Counted from the stretch's first letter, positions 18,389 through 29,728 are shown. The stretch is DNA of 64,000 bases from Desulfosudaceae bacterium (GCA_963674745.2 CAXXDV010000003.1:608001-672000), one strand, 5' to 3'. Program-made: numbers and translations. The notes: a model not told the origin generated them from the sequence alone.

Positions 18389-19102
18389 TCAGGATGTGGA
18401 CTTTTTGGGCAGCCTGACAGTTACCTCGTTACCATTGTTGTTGATTTCCGCCTTCTGGACATCGGCGTCTTCCGGGATTGAGAAGCGTTCGTAGATCGAC
18501 CGGCGTGCCTCCTGCCGCGCGATCACTTTATCCTCCTTGTCGGTCTTCTCCGTCTGTTGAACGTAATCCCCCTGAATGGTGATTCCCCGGTCGTCTATTT
18601 TCACATTCAGTTTTTTCCCCTTAAGGTCGGGGGCGGTGAAGCGATAAATATAGGCGTCTTTTGTTTCTTCGGTCTGTTCGCTCAGCCGGCTGCCGTCGGA
18701 CAGTAATCCGTTGTTTGTAAATTTTGTGTTGAACCATGTGTCCCAGGAGTCGTCAAAAGCGCCTTTAAAGCTTTTCTCCATCCGTTGCATCATTTCCTGG
18801 TGCATTTTTTCCATTTCTTTAAAAGGTTCATCCGTATTCGTGAAGAAATCATCGTTAAAAAAATTATCCAGCATACTGAATGCATGCTGTCGATCTGTTT
18901 GGAATTGCTGATTGAGGTTCTGGAAAAAGGTGTCGAAGTTTTTCCAGGCTGCTGCTTCATCTTTGATGAGCGGTGCTTCGTCTGTGGCGGGCTCTGTGGT
19001 CGTTTTCTGCGCCTGAAAAACGGCTGCGCCTAAAGCCACGCAGGCCACACACAAGATGGCTATTACCGACATGGCGATTCTGTACTTGGTGTTCAGTTCC
19101 AT
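18389..19102 (-). CDS. Hsp20/alpha-crystallin domain protein with N-terminal membrane anchor
   Basis: C-terminal ETKDAYIYRFTAPDL...RFSIPEDAD...VTVRLPK; hydrophobic segment at residues ~9-29. Confidence 0.75.
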   Translation of the reverse strand: MELNTKYRIAMSVIAILCVACVALGAAVFQAQKTTTEPATDEAPLIKDEAAAWKNFDTFFQNLNQQFQTDRQHAFSMLDNFFNDDFFTNTDEPFKEMEKMHQEMMQRMEKSFKGAFDDSWDTWFNTKFTNNGLLSDGSRLSEQTEETKDAYIYRFTAPDLKGKKLNVKIDDRGITIQGDYVQQTEKTDKEDKVIARQEARRSIYERFSIPEDADVQKAEINNNGNEVTVRLPKKSTS

Positions 19103-19506
19103 GGTAACCTCCTTTTCGCTGTTCCGTCTTTCAAGAAGGAGGGCGAAACAGTGATGTCAAAAAATAATTTGATGTTAAAATAAGGGGTCGGAATTTCACT
19201 TACGGGTTTCCGAATTTGATTCCATGCCCTTAGAGGCGGGACTGAAAAAGACCGACCTGTTTTTCGGATCAGGTTGTTTATCAGTCGTTACGTGAAATGA
19301 TTTGCCGACATTGTTTGCCTCCTCGAATTATGAAGTCATTCGATTGATGAATGGCTAACAATTTGATAAAAACGTTTATTTTTTCTGACAAAAAAATAAT
19401 TCGAAAATTTCCGATGTCAAGTTATAAGATTGGATTCTTTATTGCCGTGCCATTGGGGATGACTTTGGGCTGCGAATCGGACAGGGTCGGGGGTGACGTT
19501 GTTTTG

Positions 19507-19535
19507 TTGACATAACCATTTGGTTTTGTTATAAT
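19507..19535 (+). promoter_or_regulatory. Perfect sigma70 consensus promoter for the MCP gene
   Basis: TTGACA (19507-19512), 17 nt spacer, TATAAT (19530-19535). Confidence 0.75.
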
Positions 19536-19568
19536 AATGTATTCTAACAATACAAAGGGGCTGCATTG

Positions 19569-20852
19569 ATGAATCCACATCTGTCTTATGTCTTGTGTTC
19601 GGGTAGTGCTGTTCTGGTTGCTGTGTGCATGGTCAGGCTCGCCTATAAAAAAACCATTGTAACCGATATCGGCAACTCCATCATTCTCGGCGGGGCCATA
19701 TCTTCGCTGGTGACGTACATATATTTCGTAACCGACTGGAAGAGTATTTTCGCGATTATACCGGGCGGGATGATTATTTTTTTTCTCATGCTGGGTCATA
19801 TCAAGCGCAAGATCCGGGAACCCTTAAGGGCTATCGTCGCCATCAGTAACGCCATTTCAGAGGGGAAGTTAACCGACAGCAACCTGGACATGGAGCCGTT
19901 TGTTTCAGGAAACGAACTGGGTGAATTGTCTCAGAGCATTAATGGCACATATCGTGATTTAAGCCGGATCGTGTCGGATATCGTCCGGAACATCGGTATC
20001 CTGACCGGTACGGTGGAACTGCTGGTCGGCAAGTCAAACCAGCTGCAGGAGAATTCGGGGCAGATGAAAATTCAGTCGTCAAGTGTTTCCGCCGCTTCAG
20101 AGGAGATGACGGTCAGCATGTCGACCGTTGCCGGTTCCGCCGATCAGTCGGCCAAAAGCCTGGGCATGATTTCCAGTTCGATCGAAGGCATGAGTGTTAC
20201 GGTCAATGAAATCGCCCGGAATACCGAAATGGCCCGGAAGATTTCAAGTGACGCGGTATTGCAGGCCGACAAAAGCGTGGCCAACATTCATCAACTGGAA
20301 GCCAGCGCCAAAGAAGCCAATACGATAATAGACACCATCAATGAAGTTGTTGATCAAACCAAGCTGCTGGCCTTAAATGCCACCATTGAAGCCGCCAGGG
20401 CGGGTGAATTCGGCAAAGGCTTTGCCGTGGTCGCTGATGAAGTGAAGCAACTGGCCAATCAGACCGAAGAAGCGGTGGAAGGTATCCGTCAGAAACTGTC
20501 GGCCATGGGGCGGTTTCGTGCCGAGACCGTTACGGATATCGGCCGGATTTCCGAAGTCATCAAGAACGTGGACGAGCTGGTTTCTTCCATAGCCGTTTCG
20601 ATCGAAGAGCAGAATGTCACCACCAAAGATATTGCCCGGAATGTTGAAGAAGTCAACCGGGGTGTTTCCGAGGTAAACCGGCAGGTGGATGAATCCGCAT
20701 CCATCTCGAAAAAGGTCGCCGGCGACATGTCTGCTTTGAACCAGGTGGTCGACGATGTCGGCGAGGCCGGAGAGTCGGTTAGAGACAGCGCTGAAAAGCT
20801 GTCTCAAATGACCGAAGCCATGGTGCAGCTGGTTGAGAAATTTGAGGTGTGA
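19569..20852 (+). CDS. Methyl-accepting chemotaxis protein with short membrane-embedded input region
   Basis: Three N-terminal hydrophobic segments, [31 protein letters not shown]. Confidence 0.92.
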   Translation: MNPHLSYVLCSGSAVLVAVCMVRLAYKKTIVTDIGNSIILGGAISSLVTYIYFVTDWKSIFAIIPGGMIIFFLMLGHIKRKIREPLRAIVAISNAISEGKLTDSNLDMEPFVSGNELGELSQSINGTYRDLSRIVSDIVRNIGILTGTVELLVGKSNQLQENSGQMKIQSSSVSAASEEMTVSMSTVAGSADQSAKSLGMISSSIEGMSVTVNEIARNTEMARKISSDAVLQADKSVANIHQLEASAKEANTIIDTINEVVDQTKLLALNATIEAARAGEFGKGFAVVADEVKQLANQTEEAVEGIRQKLSAMGRFRAETVTDIGRISEVIKNVDELVSSIAVSIEEQNVTTKDIARNVEEVNRGVSEVNRQVDESASISKKVAGDMSALNQVVDDVGEAGESVRDSAEKLSQMTEAMVQLVEKFEV

Positions 20853-20879
20853 TGGACAGGCCCGGCCGAAACGCTCCGG

Positions 20880-22319
20880 TTACTTCCATCGATGAACGGT
20901 CACAAACAGAAACAGGGCGAAAATCTCGAGGCGTCCGACCAGCATGTCACCGGTCAGGACCCATTTCGCCGCCGCGGGTAGATGGCTGTAGTTGCTCATC
21001 GAACCAACGGAGCCGAATCCCGGGCCGACATTCCCCATGGCGGCCGCTACTGCCGAAACCGCCGTCATAATATCCGTGCCGAACATGGTCAGGATGATTG
21101 CCGAAAGCATTAACACAGAAAGATAGAGGATAATATAGGTCAGTGCGGTTTCCACCACTTCATCATCGATCCGGATCTGATCGACCTTGATGACCTCGAT
21201 TGCTCTGGGATGTCTTAATCGAACCAGTCGACGCAGAAAGACTTTCCAGAAAAGGACCATTCTGTCCACCTTGATGCCCCCTGATGTGGATGCCGAGCAG
21301 GCGCATTGCAGGGTGAAAAAGATAATGATCAGTTGCGCCAGAGCGGGCCACGCAGAGCTGTCGGCACTGGCGAAACCGGTGCTGGTACCGATGGATATCA
21401 CCTGAAAGGCGGAATAGCGAAAGGCCTGGGGCCAGGTATCGTAGTTATGATGGTGCAGGCTGACAGCCACCAGGCAGATGCCGATCAGCATGGCGGTGAC
21501 GTAGTACCTGAATACCGAAGATTCAAGCAGGTGGCGGGGGCTTCCGGTAATCGTCAGATACAGAAGACCGAAATGCACACCGGACAGAACCATAAAAATC
21601 ATCAGTGTTATTTCTATTCCCGTGCTTGAAAAATAGGCCACACTGGTATTCTTGGTTGAGAATCCTCCGGTGGCAATGGTGGCAAAAGCATGAGTGGTGG
21701 CATCGAAAAGGCTCATTCCCTGAAACATCAGCAGAACCGTTTCCATTACCGTCAGACCGATATAAACGTACAGGATGATCTTTAAGGTCTTCCTGGTCCG
21801 GTAGTTGAAACTTTCCTGCACCAGCGGCGATACTTCGCTGCGATAAAGGATCATTGAAGCGGCACCCATGGAGGGAAGGACGGCCAGCACGAAAATGATG
21901 ATTCCCACGCCTCCCATCCAGTGAGTTGCCGCTCGCCAGAAGAGCAGCCCCGGTGCAATGCTCTGAATATTCGATAGAATAGAAGCCCCGGTGGTGGTAA
22001 ATCCGGATACACTTTCAAACCAGGCGTTTGTGAAAGAAAAAGGGCCGCCCCAGAGGATATAGGGGAGCGTGCCGATCAGGCATGACAACAACCAGCTGCA
22101 GACAACGATGAAAAGTCCTTCCTTGTTGGTGATGTCCTGTGTCGGTGGTACGAACACAAATAAAAAAAGGCCGAATAAAGTACAAACGATGGCACTGAAT
22201 GCAAGGGGATAAATGGCGCTGTCACCGTTACTTGCAGATATGATGGTTGATGTGAGAAGGAAAAAAGCGTTGAAAAAAAACACAAACCCTAAATACCGCA
22301 GTATGATTTGAGGCCTCAT
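20880..22319 (-). CDS. trkH: TrkH potassium uptake membrane protein
   Basis: FESVSGFTTTGAS, ATGGFS, STGF, GNVGPG pore-loop motifs. Confidence 0.95.
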   Translation of the reverse strand: MRPQIILRYLGFVFFFNAFFLLTSTIISASNGDSAIYPLAFSAIVCTLFGLFLFVFVPPTQDITNKEGLFIVVCSWLLSCLIGTLPYILWGGPFSFTNAWFESVSGFTTTGASILSNIQSIAPGLLFWRAATHWMGGVGIIIFVLAVLPSMGAASMILYRSEVSPLVQESFNYRTRKTLKIILYVYIGLTVMETVLLMFQGMSLFDATTHAFATIATGGFSTKNTSVAYFSSTGIEITLMIFMVLSGVHFGLLYLTITGSPRHLLESSVFRYYVTAMLIGICLVAVSLHHHNYDTWPQAFRYSAFQVISIGTSTGFASADSSAWPALAQLIIIFFTLQCACSASTSGGIKVDRMVLFWKVFLRRLVRLRHPRAIEVIKVDQIRIDDEVVETALTYIILYLSVLMLSAIILTMFGTDIMTAVSAVAAAMGNVGPGFGSVGSMSNYSHLPAAAKWVLTGDMLVGRLEIFALFLFVTVHRWK

Positions 22320-23080
22320 CGGGTTTTTTCATCCTTTTTCACAAAATAAATGAGTTCCTGTATGGCCTCCGTCAGCCTGGAGATTTCATCACGGCTGTCG
22401 ACATGGAATTGAACCATTTTGCCGCTTTTCATATATGACCGGATACCGTCGGTCAGTCTCTTGATCGGGTGGATTACATACAGGTTGATAAAGAAATTGA
22501 ATATTATGGCAAAAATCAGGGATGAAATGATGGCCACAATACCCGGCATAATGGCTCTGCCGGCCCTGTTTTTAAGCTCCGAGGCGGTCAGATACATCGT
22601 CTTGTCGTTCAGTGTCATCAGTTCTTTGACGGATGTTTTCGCTTCCAGGAAAGCCGGATGGGCCTGGCTGAAGTACCATCCCATATTCCCTTGCCGGCTG
22701 GTATCCACAATCGGTCGTTCCCATAACGCTTTAAAACGGTTATACGCCTGATCGATGGCTTCGGTGGCGGCCTGCTCTCCGGAAATTGTAATATTGGTTT
22801 TGGCGATATTAAGGGCATTGATGAAATCCTTATCCGCCTTTTCCATTGTTGAACGACCGCTTTTCCAGTCACCGGACATCAGGAGCAGAATACCGCTGTC
22901 TTCACGTTCCAGTGCTTCGGTCATATCTTTGGCAGCGGTAATACTTTTGTAGTTTTCGTCCAGGAGCGCGTGTACGGAGCGGCTAATTTTGTTGAATTCG
23001 ATAATGGAAATCCCACCGGCCGTACCCAGCATAACGGCAAGGATCAAGAAACCGGAAAGAATTTTGACGCGAAGATTCAT
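22316..23080 (-). CDS. Membrane sensor module (TM, four-helix bundle, TM, HAMP) with no output domain
   Basis: ENYKSITAAKDMTEALEREDS four-helix bundle; HAMP PIKRLT..DEISRL; ends right after HAMP; ATGA overlap with trkH. Confidence 0.75.
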   Translation of the reverse strand: MNLRVKILSGFLILAVMLGTAGGISIIEFNKISRSVHALLDENYKSITAAKDMTEALEREDSGILLLMSGDWKSGRSTMEKADKDFINALNIAKTNITISGEQAATEAIDQAYNRFKALWERPIVDTSRQGNMGWYFSQAHPAFLEAKTSVKELMTLNDKTMYLTASELKNRAGRAIMPGIVAIISSLIFAIIFNFFINLYVIHPIKRLTDGIRSYMKSGKMVQFHVDSRDEISRLTEAIQELIYFVKKDEKTR

Positions 23081-23324
23081 GGCCTTTCCCCAGATTCGTT
23101 AAGAGGACTAAGATGACGCACTTTCCCAGCCATTCCCTCTGGATATTACCGGCTGGTAAAGCCGAATATTTTCTAGCCGTTTTCTTTAGCAGGCCCTGTC
23201 TTGTGTGTCAAAAGATTTTTGTCGGTGTGCGTCCTGCGCCTTGCAGAAGGCGCCAGGGGCTCGGGTTCAAATCAACTCGTGAAATATCCCGGCCTGGAAT
23301 GATGCGTTGTGATAAACATTCAGG

Positions 23325-23744
23325 TTAGCGCCGGCTGACCCAGACCTTTTCCGTTCTCCAGTAGCCCGGTTTGTGTTCAATCATGATGTACTCGCCGGGA
23401 ACCCATTGATGACAGGCATTGTAATGTCCCGGATTCCAGACTTTTTCCAGCACCGGATCCACCCAGATTTTCCGATGCTCCCAATGCCCGCGCGTATATT
23501 TCGGGGGACCGCACGGTCGTTGTTGATGATGATATCCCGTCCGGTAGCGATCGACCGCTGCCACACGTTGCGGGGGGCGATCATACTGGCAGTTGTTGAG
23601 GATCGCATTTCCCAGGACGACGGCCCCAATGGCCATGGCGGCGCCCTGCCATCGATGCCGTTCTTTTGAGCCGGCAAAAGCGGACGGTATGGAAGCGGAC
23701 AGGAAAAAAAATACGGCCAGTGAGATTAATGCTGTTTTTTTCAT
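23325..23744 (-). CDS. Exported hypothetical protein with W-x-P-G-aromatic repeats
   Basis: Signal peptide MKKTALISL...AFA; VWNPGHY, WVPGEY, KPGYW; ATG 23744 with GGAGG. Confidence 0.75.
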   Translation of the reverse strand: MKKTALISLAVFFFLSASIPSAFAGSKERHRWQGAAMAIGAVVLGNAILNNCQYDRPPQRVAAVDRYRTGYHHQQRPCGPPKYTRGHWEHRKIWVDPVLEKVWNPGHYNACHQWVPGEYIMIEHKPGYWRTEKVWVSRR

Positions 23745-23798
23745 TTTTGCCTCCTTATGGTCTCCGGTTGATGATGATAATTCCATCGAAGTTATCTG

Positions 23799-24269
23799 TT
23801 ACCTGTTATCTGATTCGGCAAAGGCCTTGATTTCCTGGTCAACCAGGTCAATGGCCCGTTTCACGACCTTGTTCAACAGTTTGATCTCTTCAGGGTCATT
23901 GCCGATGGCCTGGGCCAGCGGAATATATGAATTCGCCCGCTGGGTTTTAATCTCGGCAATTTTTGCACGCCCTTTTTCCGATAGATCAATCAGGTGGACC
24001 CGCATGTCATTTTTGTCCACCTGCATATCAATCAAATCCATTTCGGTACGAAGCCTTTTGATGTCAGTGGACAGCGTGCTCGCCTTAACACCGGGAAAAA
24101 ACTGGGCCAGTTCGGTCATGTTCATTGTTCCCTGTGTCTGGAGCAGTTCAAGAATAAGGATATCGCGATCTTTAAGGTCGCCGGCTTCACTGTCCGCGAT
24201 CTGCACGGCCCGGTAGATCCTCAATTTGGTGCTCAACCTGGCGATGTTGTCAAACAGGGTGCTGGTCAT
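23799..24269 (-). CDS. MarR-family transcriptional regulator
   Basis: 156 aa winged HTH, DKNDMRVHLIDLSEKG wing motif. Confidence 0.85.
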   Translation of the reverse strand: MTSTLFDNIARLSTKLRIYRAVQIADSEAGDLKDRDILILELLQTQGTMNMTELAQFFPGVKASTLSTDIKRLRTEMDLIDMQVDKNDMRVHLIDLSEKGRAKIAEIKTQRANSYIPLAQAIGNDPEEIKLLNKVVKRAIDLVDQEIKAFAESDNR

Positions 24270-24386
24270 TTTTGCCTCCTTTTGGCTTTTATTTAAAAAT
24301 ATTCGTTTAGTTTTGTCAAGAAAAATATTTCATAAATACAAAATAATTTTAATTTCTGAAATAATTGTGTTTAATGAAATATTATG

Positions 24387-24463
24387 AGGTTCGGGGTTCG
24401 GGGTTCGATGTTTGGGGTTCGGGGTGGCCTGCGAATGACGTAGGGGCACGGCGCGCCGTGCCC
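24387..24463. repeat. GGGTTCG heptamer run followed by a GTAG REP palindrome
   Basis: aggttcg gggttcg gggttcg atgtttg gggttcg ggg; GTAGGGGCACGGCGCGCCGTGCCC at 24440-24463. Confidence 0.8.
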
Positions 24464-24597
24464 TTTTATTATTCAAGGCCCTCAAATTGTAAAACAAAGC
24501 GGTTTGACCTTTTGACATTTACGCGTCCATCAATTATTGATGAACAAACGGATGAGAATAGATCGGGAATTGTAAGCATCGGTTGAGGAGGAAACTC

Positions 24598-25410
24598 ATG
24601 TCGCAGAACTATCTATCCGGCACACTGGGGCGGACCGGGCTTTCCGTCGGTCGCCTGGGGGTGGCCGCCAGTTACGGTGCACCGGCCGAAGCCTTTGAAG
24701 AAGCGTTTGAACGGGGGTGCAATTATTTTTATTCCGGTTCAGGCCGGCATCGGGCGGGAATGGCCAGGGCCATCCGGAATATCTGCGCAGCCGGACACCG
24801 GGAAAAACTGGTTGTGGCCGTCCAGACGTATGCCAGGATCGGGCTGGCAACCGAAAAATTACTGACAAGAACGTTACGGTCCCTTCATATCGATTATGCC
24901 GATGTGGTGGTGGCCGGCTGGCACAACCGGGAACCCTCTGCCGGTCTGATGGAACGGATGAAACGCTGGCAGGATAAGGGGTTGTGCCGGTTTCTGGCCA
25001 TGTCCGGCCATAACCGGCAGCTCTTTCCCCGCATGGCCGAAACAGGTGCCTTTGACGTCTTTCATATCCGTTACAACGCCGCCCATCGCGGGGCGGAAAC
25101 AGAGTGCTTTCCCTTGTTGAATCAAGAACCACGGCCCGGCATCGTCTCTTATACCGCTACCCGCTGGGGGCATCTGCTCAATCATAAGAAAATGCCGGCG
25201 GGCGAGGCGCCCCTGTCGGCATCTGACTGCTATCGTTTTTCCATGTCCAATCCGGCCGTGGATGTCTGTTTGTGCGGTCCGGCCGATACGGGACAGATGC
25301 GGCAGGCCTTGACGGCGCTGGATGCCGGGCCGCTGTCCGATGAAGAAATGACCCGGGTCACAAAAATAGGGGACCACGTCCATCAAAACGTCAGAAGCTT
25401 TTTCGGTTAA
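24598..25410 (+). CDS. Aldo/keto reductase family protein
   Basis: LGRTGLSVGRLG N-terminus, SGHNR, RYNAAH, VDVCLCGP; ATG 24598 with GAGGAGG. Confidence 0.8.
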   Translation: MSQNYLSGTLGRTGLSVGRLGVAASYGAPAEAFEEAFERGCNYFYSGSGRHRAGMARAIRNICAAGHREKLVVAVQTYARIGLATEKLLTRTLRSLHIDYADVVVAGWHNREPSAGLMERMKRWQDKGLCRFLAMSGHNRQLFPRMAETGAFDVFHIRYNAAHRGAETECFPLLNQEPRPGIVSYTATRWGHLLNHKKMPAGEAPLSASDCYRFSMSNPAVDVCLCGPADTGQMRQALTALDAGPLSDEEMTRVTKIGDHVHQNVRSFFG

Positions 25411-25494
25411 TGATGTTTCTATATCGTTGTTGCGGCTTGTACATTGTTTTGCCGTTAACCGCTTTAAAAACGCTTTAAAGAGAAAGGAAAACAG

Positions 25495-25947
25495 ATGAAA
25501 AGAAAAATAAACACAACATGTCTGTTAATAGTGGTTATCTTTGTCTTGATTGTTCTTGGATCGCTGGATACCCGCATGACGTATGCCGGGGGCGGAATCA
25601 ACTACCAGGTAACGGTCAACAATCCGACAGATAAAAAGTGTCGGGTCTGGTTAAGGGTAGAAAAGGGATACGCGCAGACGGCTGAACAGACCGTGACGCT
25701 GTCTCCCGGTGGAAGTCATACCTGGGAGACCGGCGCAATTTGTCCCTGCGGTCTCCAGGGAAAGGTGCATGACCCGGTAGGCCAGGAATGGCGGTGGATG
25801 CAGTGCGTGAACATGTATGGCAACAGGAGCGACTGTAGTAGCGGGGCGGGTAATGTGGCGGTCTGTGCCAGCCAGAGCTTTACCATTGAACGCAAAAAGG
25901 GGGTTACCGAGGTGCGGGAATATGATTACGGCTTCCGGAAAAACTGA
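25495..25947 (+). CDS. Small secreted Cys-rich hypothetical protein
   Basis: Signal-like N-terminus, six Cys in the mature part, AAGGA RBS. Confidence 0.7.
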   Translation: MKRKINTTCLLIVVIFVLIVLGSLDTRMTYAGGGINYQVTVNNPTDKKCRVWLRVEKGYAQTAEQTVTLSPGGSHTWETGAICPCGLQGKVHDPVGQEWRWMQCVNMYGNRSDCSSGAGNVAVCASQSFTIERKKGVTEVREYDYGFRKN

Positions 25948-26021
25948 TTTGAAAGCAACGCGTTTTTTTTAATATGAATGTATTCGAGAAGCATGTGGCT
26001 GAACAGACGGGCTTTTGATTT

Positions 26022-29000
26022 ATGGGTAATCAGCATCAGGCGAAGGGCGGGTGGGCCTTCTGGATCGATCGGGGCGGTACATTTACCGATATCGTCGCCA
26101 GAGGGCCTGGTGGCGGTCTGAAGATTCATAAGCTTTTGTCCGAAAACCCTGAACAATATCCGGATGCCCCGGTCCAGGGCATGTGCGACATCCTGGATGT
26201 TCCCTCCGGGACGGTTATCCCCCCCGAAAAGATCAACACCATTCGCATGGGCACTACCGTAGCCACCAACGCCCTGCTGGAGCGGAAAGGCGAACCCACG
26301 GTGCTGGTCATCACCAGGGGATTTAAAGATGCCTTGCGGATCGGTTATCAGAACCGGCCCGATATCTTTGCCCGACGCATCGACCTGCCGGAAATGCTTT
26401 ATGTGCGGGTGATCGAAGCCGGCGAACGCTGCCGGGCCGACGGGCTTGTTGAAAGAGAACTCAACGAGGAAGACCTGGCCGGTGACCTGCAATCGGCATA
26501 TGATACCGGTATCCGCTCCTGCGCCATTGTTTTTTTGCACGGGTACCGTTACCCCGATCATGAAACACGGGCCGCGGCTATAGCCGGAAAAACCGGTTTT
26601 ACCCGGATTTCGGTTTCTCACCGGGTCAGCCCGTTGATGAAACTGGTCAGTCGTGGCGATACCACCGTGGTCGATGCTTACCTGACACCGGTTTTGCAAC
26701 GGTATATCCAGGGCCTGTCGGGTCGGTTGCGGCTGACGGACGAGACCGCGGGAAAAGGCCGGAAACATCATCCCCGCCTGCTGTTCATGCAGTCCAACGG
26801 CGGTCTTGTTGATGCCGGTCAATTTCAGGGGAAAGACAGCCTGTTGTCCGGCCCGGCCGGCGGTATTGTCGGTGCCGTCCAGGTCTGCCGGATGGCGGGC
26901 TTTGATCGGATTATCACCTTTGACATGGGCGGCACATCCACTGATGTGGCCCATTATAACGGTGAATACGAGCGGGAACTGGAAACGGAAATGGCCGGTG
27001 TCCGTCTGCGGACGCCCATGATGGCCATTCATACCGTGGCGGCCGGGGGCGGTTCAATTGTCCGTTTTGACGGGGATCGATACCGGGTCGGTCCCGAATC
27101 GGCCGGTGCCGATCCGGGACCGGCCTGCTATCGTCACAACGGACCGCTGACCATAACGGACTGCAACCTGCTGGTCGGCAGGATCCTGCCGGACTATTTC
27201 CCCCGGGTATTCGGGCCCGACGGTAAGCAGCACCTGGATACAGAGGCGACCCGTCGAAAATCTGAGGCGTTGACCCGACAGATCAACCGGGCTACCGGGA
27301 AAGCATTGCTTCCGGAACAGGTCGCCACCGGTTTTCTGACCATAGCCGTGGAAAATATGGCCAATGCCATCAAAAAGGTTTCTTTACGGCGCGGCTATGA
27401 TGTTTCCAGCTACACCCTGTGCTGTTTTGGCGGTGCCGGAGGGCAGCATGCCTGTCGCATGGCCGATACGCTGGGCATGCGTCGGATTTTCATTCACTCC
27501 CTGGCCGGCGTGCTTTCGGCCTATGGCATGGGACTGGCCGACATCCGTGACATGCGGCATCGCAGTTTAAACAGGCTTTTGACGGCAGCGCTGTTAGCTG
27601 AAATCAGGCAGATCGTTTCCGAGCTGATAGCCGAGGGAAAAGAAGCGGTCAGTGAACCGGATGATGCCGCCCGCCCACTGATCCACATATCCCGTTTGCT
27701 GATCAAGTACCGGGATACGGATACCGCGCTGCCCGTGGAATTGAGCGGCCATCCGACAACCATTCGGTCTGCCTTTGAACGGGTCCATTGGCAACGTTTC
27801 GGCTTTATCCAACAGGACAAGCCCCTGATGGTTGAAGCCGTATCCGTAGAAACCGTTCGGACAGAGACACCGCCGCCGGAACCCGAATTCAAACGGCAAT
27901 CATCAGGCCCACCGGTTCCGATGACCACATCCGAAATATTTGATAACGGCGGATGGGTGAAGGCACCGGTTTTTCAACGCGTCGACCTGCAACCCGGCGA
28001 CATCATTCGTGGACCGGCCATTATCGTGGAAGCTACCGGTACCAACCTGATCGACGACGGCTGGCAGGTCGAAGTAACCGTTCACGGCCACCTGGTTTTA
28101 TCTAAAACGGCGTTACCAAAGACGACAAACCCGGGCAATCCGTTATCAACCACGGTTAATAGGGATCGACCGGATCCGGTCATGCTGGAAATTTTCAACA
28201 ACCTGTTTATGGCGGTGGCGGAACAAATGGGCATCACCCTGCAGAACACCGCTTCGTCGGTGAATATCAAGGAACGTCTTGATTTCTCCTGTGCCGTGTT
28301 TGATCATCAGGGCGGGCTGGTGGCCAATGCACCCCACATTCCGGTTCATCTGGGCTCCATGGGCGAAAGCGTACAGGCCTTGATTGAAGCCCGCCAGGGC
28401 CGGTTTCAACCCGGAGATGTGTTCGCTTCCAACAACCCTTTTTGCGGCGGCACACATTTGCCTGATATCACCGTGATCACGCCGGTTTTCGATAATAATA
28501 AAATCATCTTTTTTGTCGCCTCCCGGGGCCACCATGCCGACATCGGCGGCTTGACCCCCGGCTCCATGCCCCCTCACAGTACGTGCCTGGCTGAAGAAGG
28601 CGTCCTGCTGGACAATTTTCACCTGGTCAAAAATCATGCCTTCCGGGAGCCGGAGTTGCGTGGCATGCTGGTGTCCGGACCGCATCCCGCCCGCAACCCG
28701 GAGCAGAATATCGCCGATGTGCGGGCCCAGATCGCGGCCAACGAGCGGGGCATTCAGGAATTAAAGCGGTTGACGGATCAATTCGGACGGGACACGGTGA
28801 GTGCCTACATGATATTTGTGCAGGCCAACGCGGAAGCATCCGTCCGCCGGGTGATTTCCGGTTTGTCGGAAGGCTGCTTCGATTGTGCTATGGATGCCGG
28901 GTGCCGGATTAACGTGGCCGTGTCCATTGATAAAAAGAGGCGCAGCGCCCGCATCGATTTTTCCGGGACGTCGGCCCGGCAGCCCAACAACCTCAACGCC

Positions 29001-29711
29001 CCGGCCGCCATCGCCCGGGCGGCGGTGCTTTACGTGTTCCGCACCCTGGTCGGGGACGACATTCCCCTGAACGCGGGGTGCCTGAAGCCCCTGGAAATTA
29101 TTCTGCCGCCGGGCTGCATGCTGAATCCGGATTATCCGGCGGCCGTGGCCGGGGGAAACGTGGAAACCTCCCAGGCGATTGTCGACGCACTTTACGGGGC
29201 ACTGGGCGTAATGGCGGCTTCCCAGGGAACCATGAACAACTTTACCTTCGGCAATGACCGTTATCAATACTATGAAACCATTTGCGGCGGTTCGGGGGCG
29301 GGGCCTGGTTTCGCCGGCACTGACGCGGTCCAGACCCATATGACCAACTCCCGGCTGACCGACCCCGAGGTTCTGGAGTGGCGTTTCCCGGTGCTGCTGG
29401 AGGATTTTTCGATTCGTCCGGCCAGCGGCGGAAACGGCCGATACCGGGGTGGTAACGGCGTGATCCGTCGTTTGCGTTTTCTGGAACCCATGACGGCGGC
29501 GGTTTTATCGAACCGGCGACAGGTTGTGCCTTTCGGCCTTGACGGCGGAGAAGACGGTACGGGCGGAGAAAACCTGGTTGAACGGCAAAACGGGTCTGTT
29601 GAGGTGATCGGCAGTACCGACACGGTGGAGATGGCGAAAGGCGATACCTTTATTATTAAAACGCCCGGCGGCGGGGGGTATGGCGCCCCGGAAAACCCAT
29701 CGGAGAAATGA
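26022..29711 (+). CDS. oplA: 5-oxoprolinase (fused hydantoinase A/B, OPLAH-type)
   Basis: [61 protein letters not shown]. Confidence 0.92.
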   Translation: MGNQHQAKGGWAFWIDRGGTFTDIVARGPGGGLKIHKLLSENPEQYPDAPVQGMCDILDVPSGTVIPPEKINTIRMGTTVATNALLERKGEPTVLVITRGFKDALRIGYQNRPDIFARRIDLPEMLYVRVIEAGERCRADGLVERELNEEDLAGDLQSAYDTGIRSCAIVFLHGYRYPDHETRAAAIAGKTGFTRISVSHRVSPLMKLVSRGDTTVVDAYLTPVLQRYIQGLSGRLRLTDETAGKGRKHHPRLLFMQSNGGLVDAGQFQGKDSLLSGPAGGIVGAVQVCRMAGFDRIITFDMGGTSTDVAHYNGEYERELETEMAGVRLRTPMMAIHTVAAGGGSIVRFDGDRYRVGPESAGADPGPACYRHNGPLTITDCNLLVGRILPDYFPRVFGPDGKQHLDTEATRRKSEALTRQINRATGKALLPEQVATGFLTIAVENMANAIKKVSLRRGYDVSSYTLCCFGGAGGQHACRMADTLGMRRIFIHSLAGVLSAYGMGLADIRDMRHRSLNRLLTAALLAEIRQIVSELIAEGKEAVSEPDDAARPLIHISRLLIKYRDTDTALPVELSGHPTTIRSAFERVHWQRFGFIQQDKPLMVEAVSVETVRTETPPPEPEFKRQSSGPPVPMTTSEIFDNGGWVKAPVFQRVDLQPGDIIRGPAIIVEATGTNLIDDGWQVEVTVHGHLVLSKTALPKTTNPGNPLSTTVNRDRPDPVMLEIFNNLFMAVAEQMGITLQNTASSVNIKERLDFSCAVFDHQGGLVANAPHIPVHLGSMGESVQALIEARQGRFQPGDVFASNNPFCGGTHLPDITVITPVFDNNKIIFFVASRGHHADIGGLTPGSMPPHSTCLAEEGVLLDNFHLVKNHAFREPELRGMLVSGPHPARNPEQNIADVRAQIAANERGIQELKRLTDQFGRDTVSAYMIFVQANAEASVRRVISGLSEGCFDCAMDAGCRINVAVSIDKKRRSARIDFSGTSARQPNNLNAPAAIARAAVLYVFRTLVGDDIPLNAGCLKPLEIILPPGCMLNPDYPAAVAGGNVETSQAIVDALYGALGVMAASQGTMNNFTFGNDRYQYYETICGGSGAGPGFAGTDAVQTHMTNSRLTDPEVLEWRFPVLLEDFSIRPASGGNGRYRGGNGVIRRLRFLEPMTAAVLSNRRQVVPFGLDGGEDGTGGENLVERQNGSVEVIGSTDTVEMAKGDTFIIKTPGGGGYGAPENPSEK

Positions 29712-29728
29712 TCGGGCTAAAAAGCCTT

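Noticed and set aside
23081..23324. c-di-AMP (ydaO) riboswitch before the K+ uptake operon
   Set aside because: Conserved ydaO motifs not recognisable; only small hairpins
25926..27032. Long antisense ORFs (also 12267..13025, 14164..14826, 31929..32951, 49262..49939, 58703..59497)
   Set aside because: Overlap well-supported genes on the opposite strand and have no recognisable motifs
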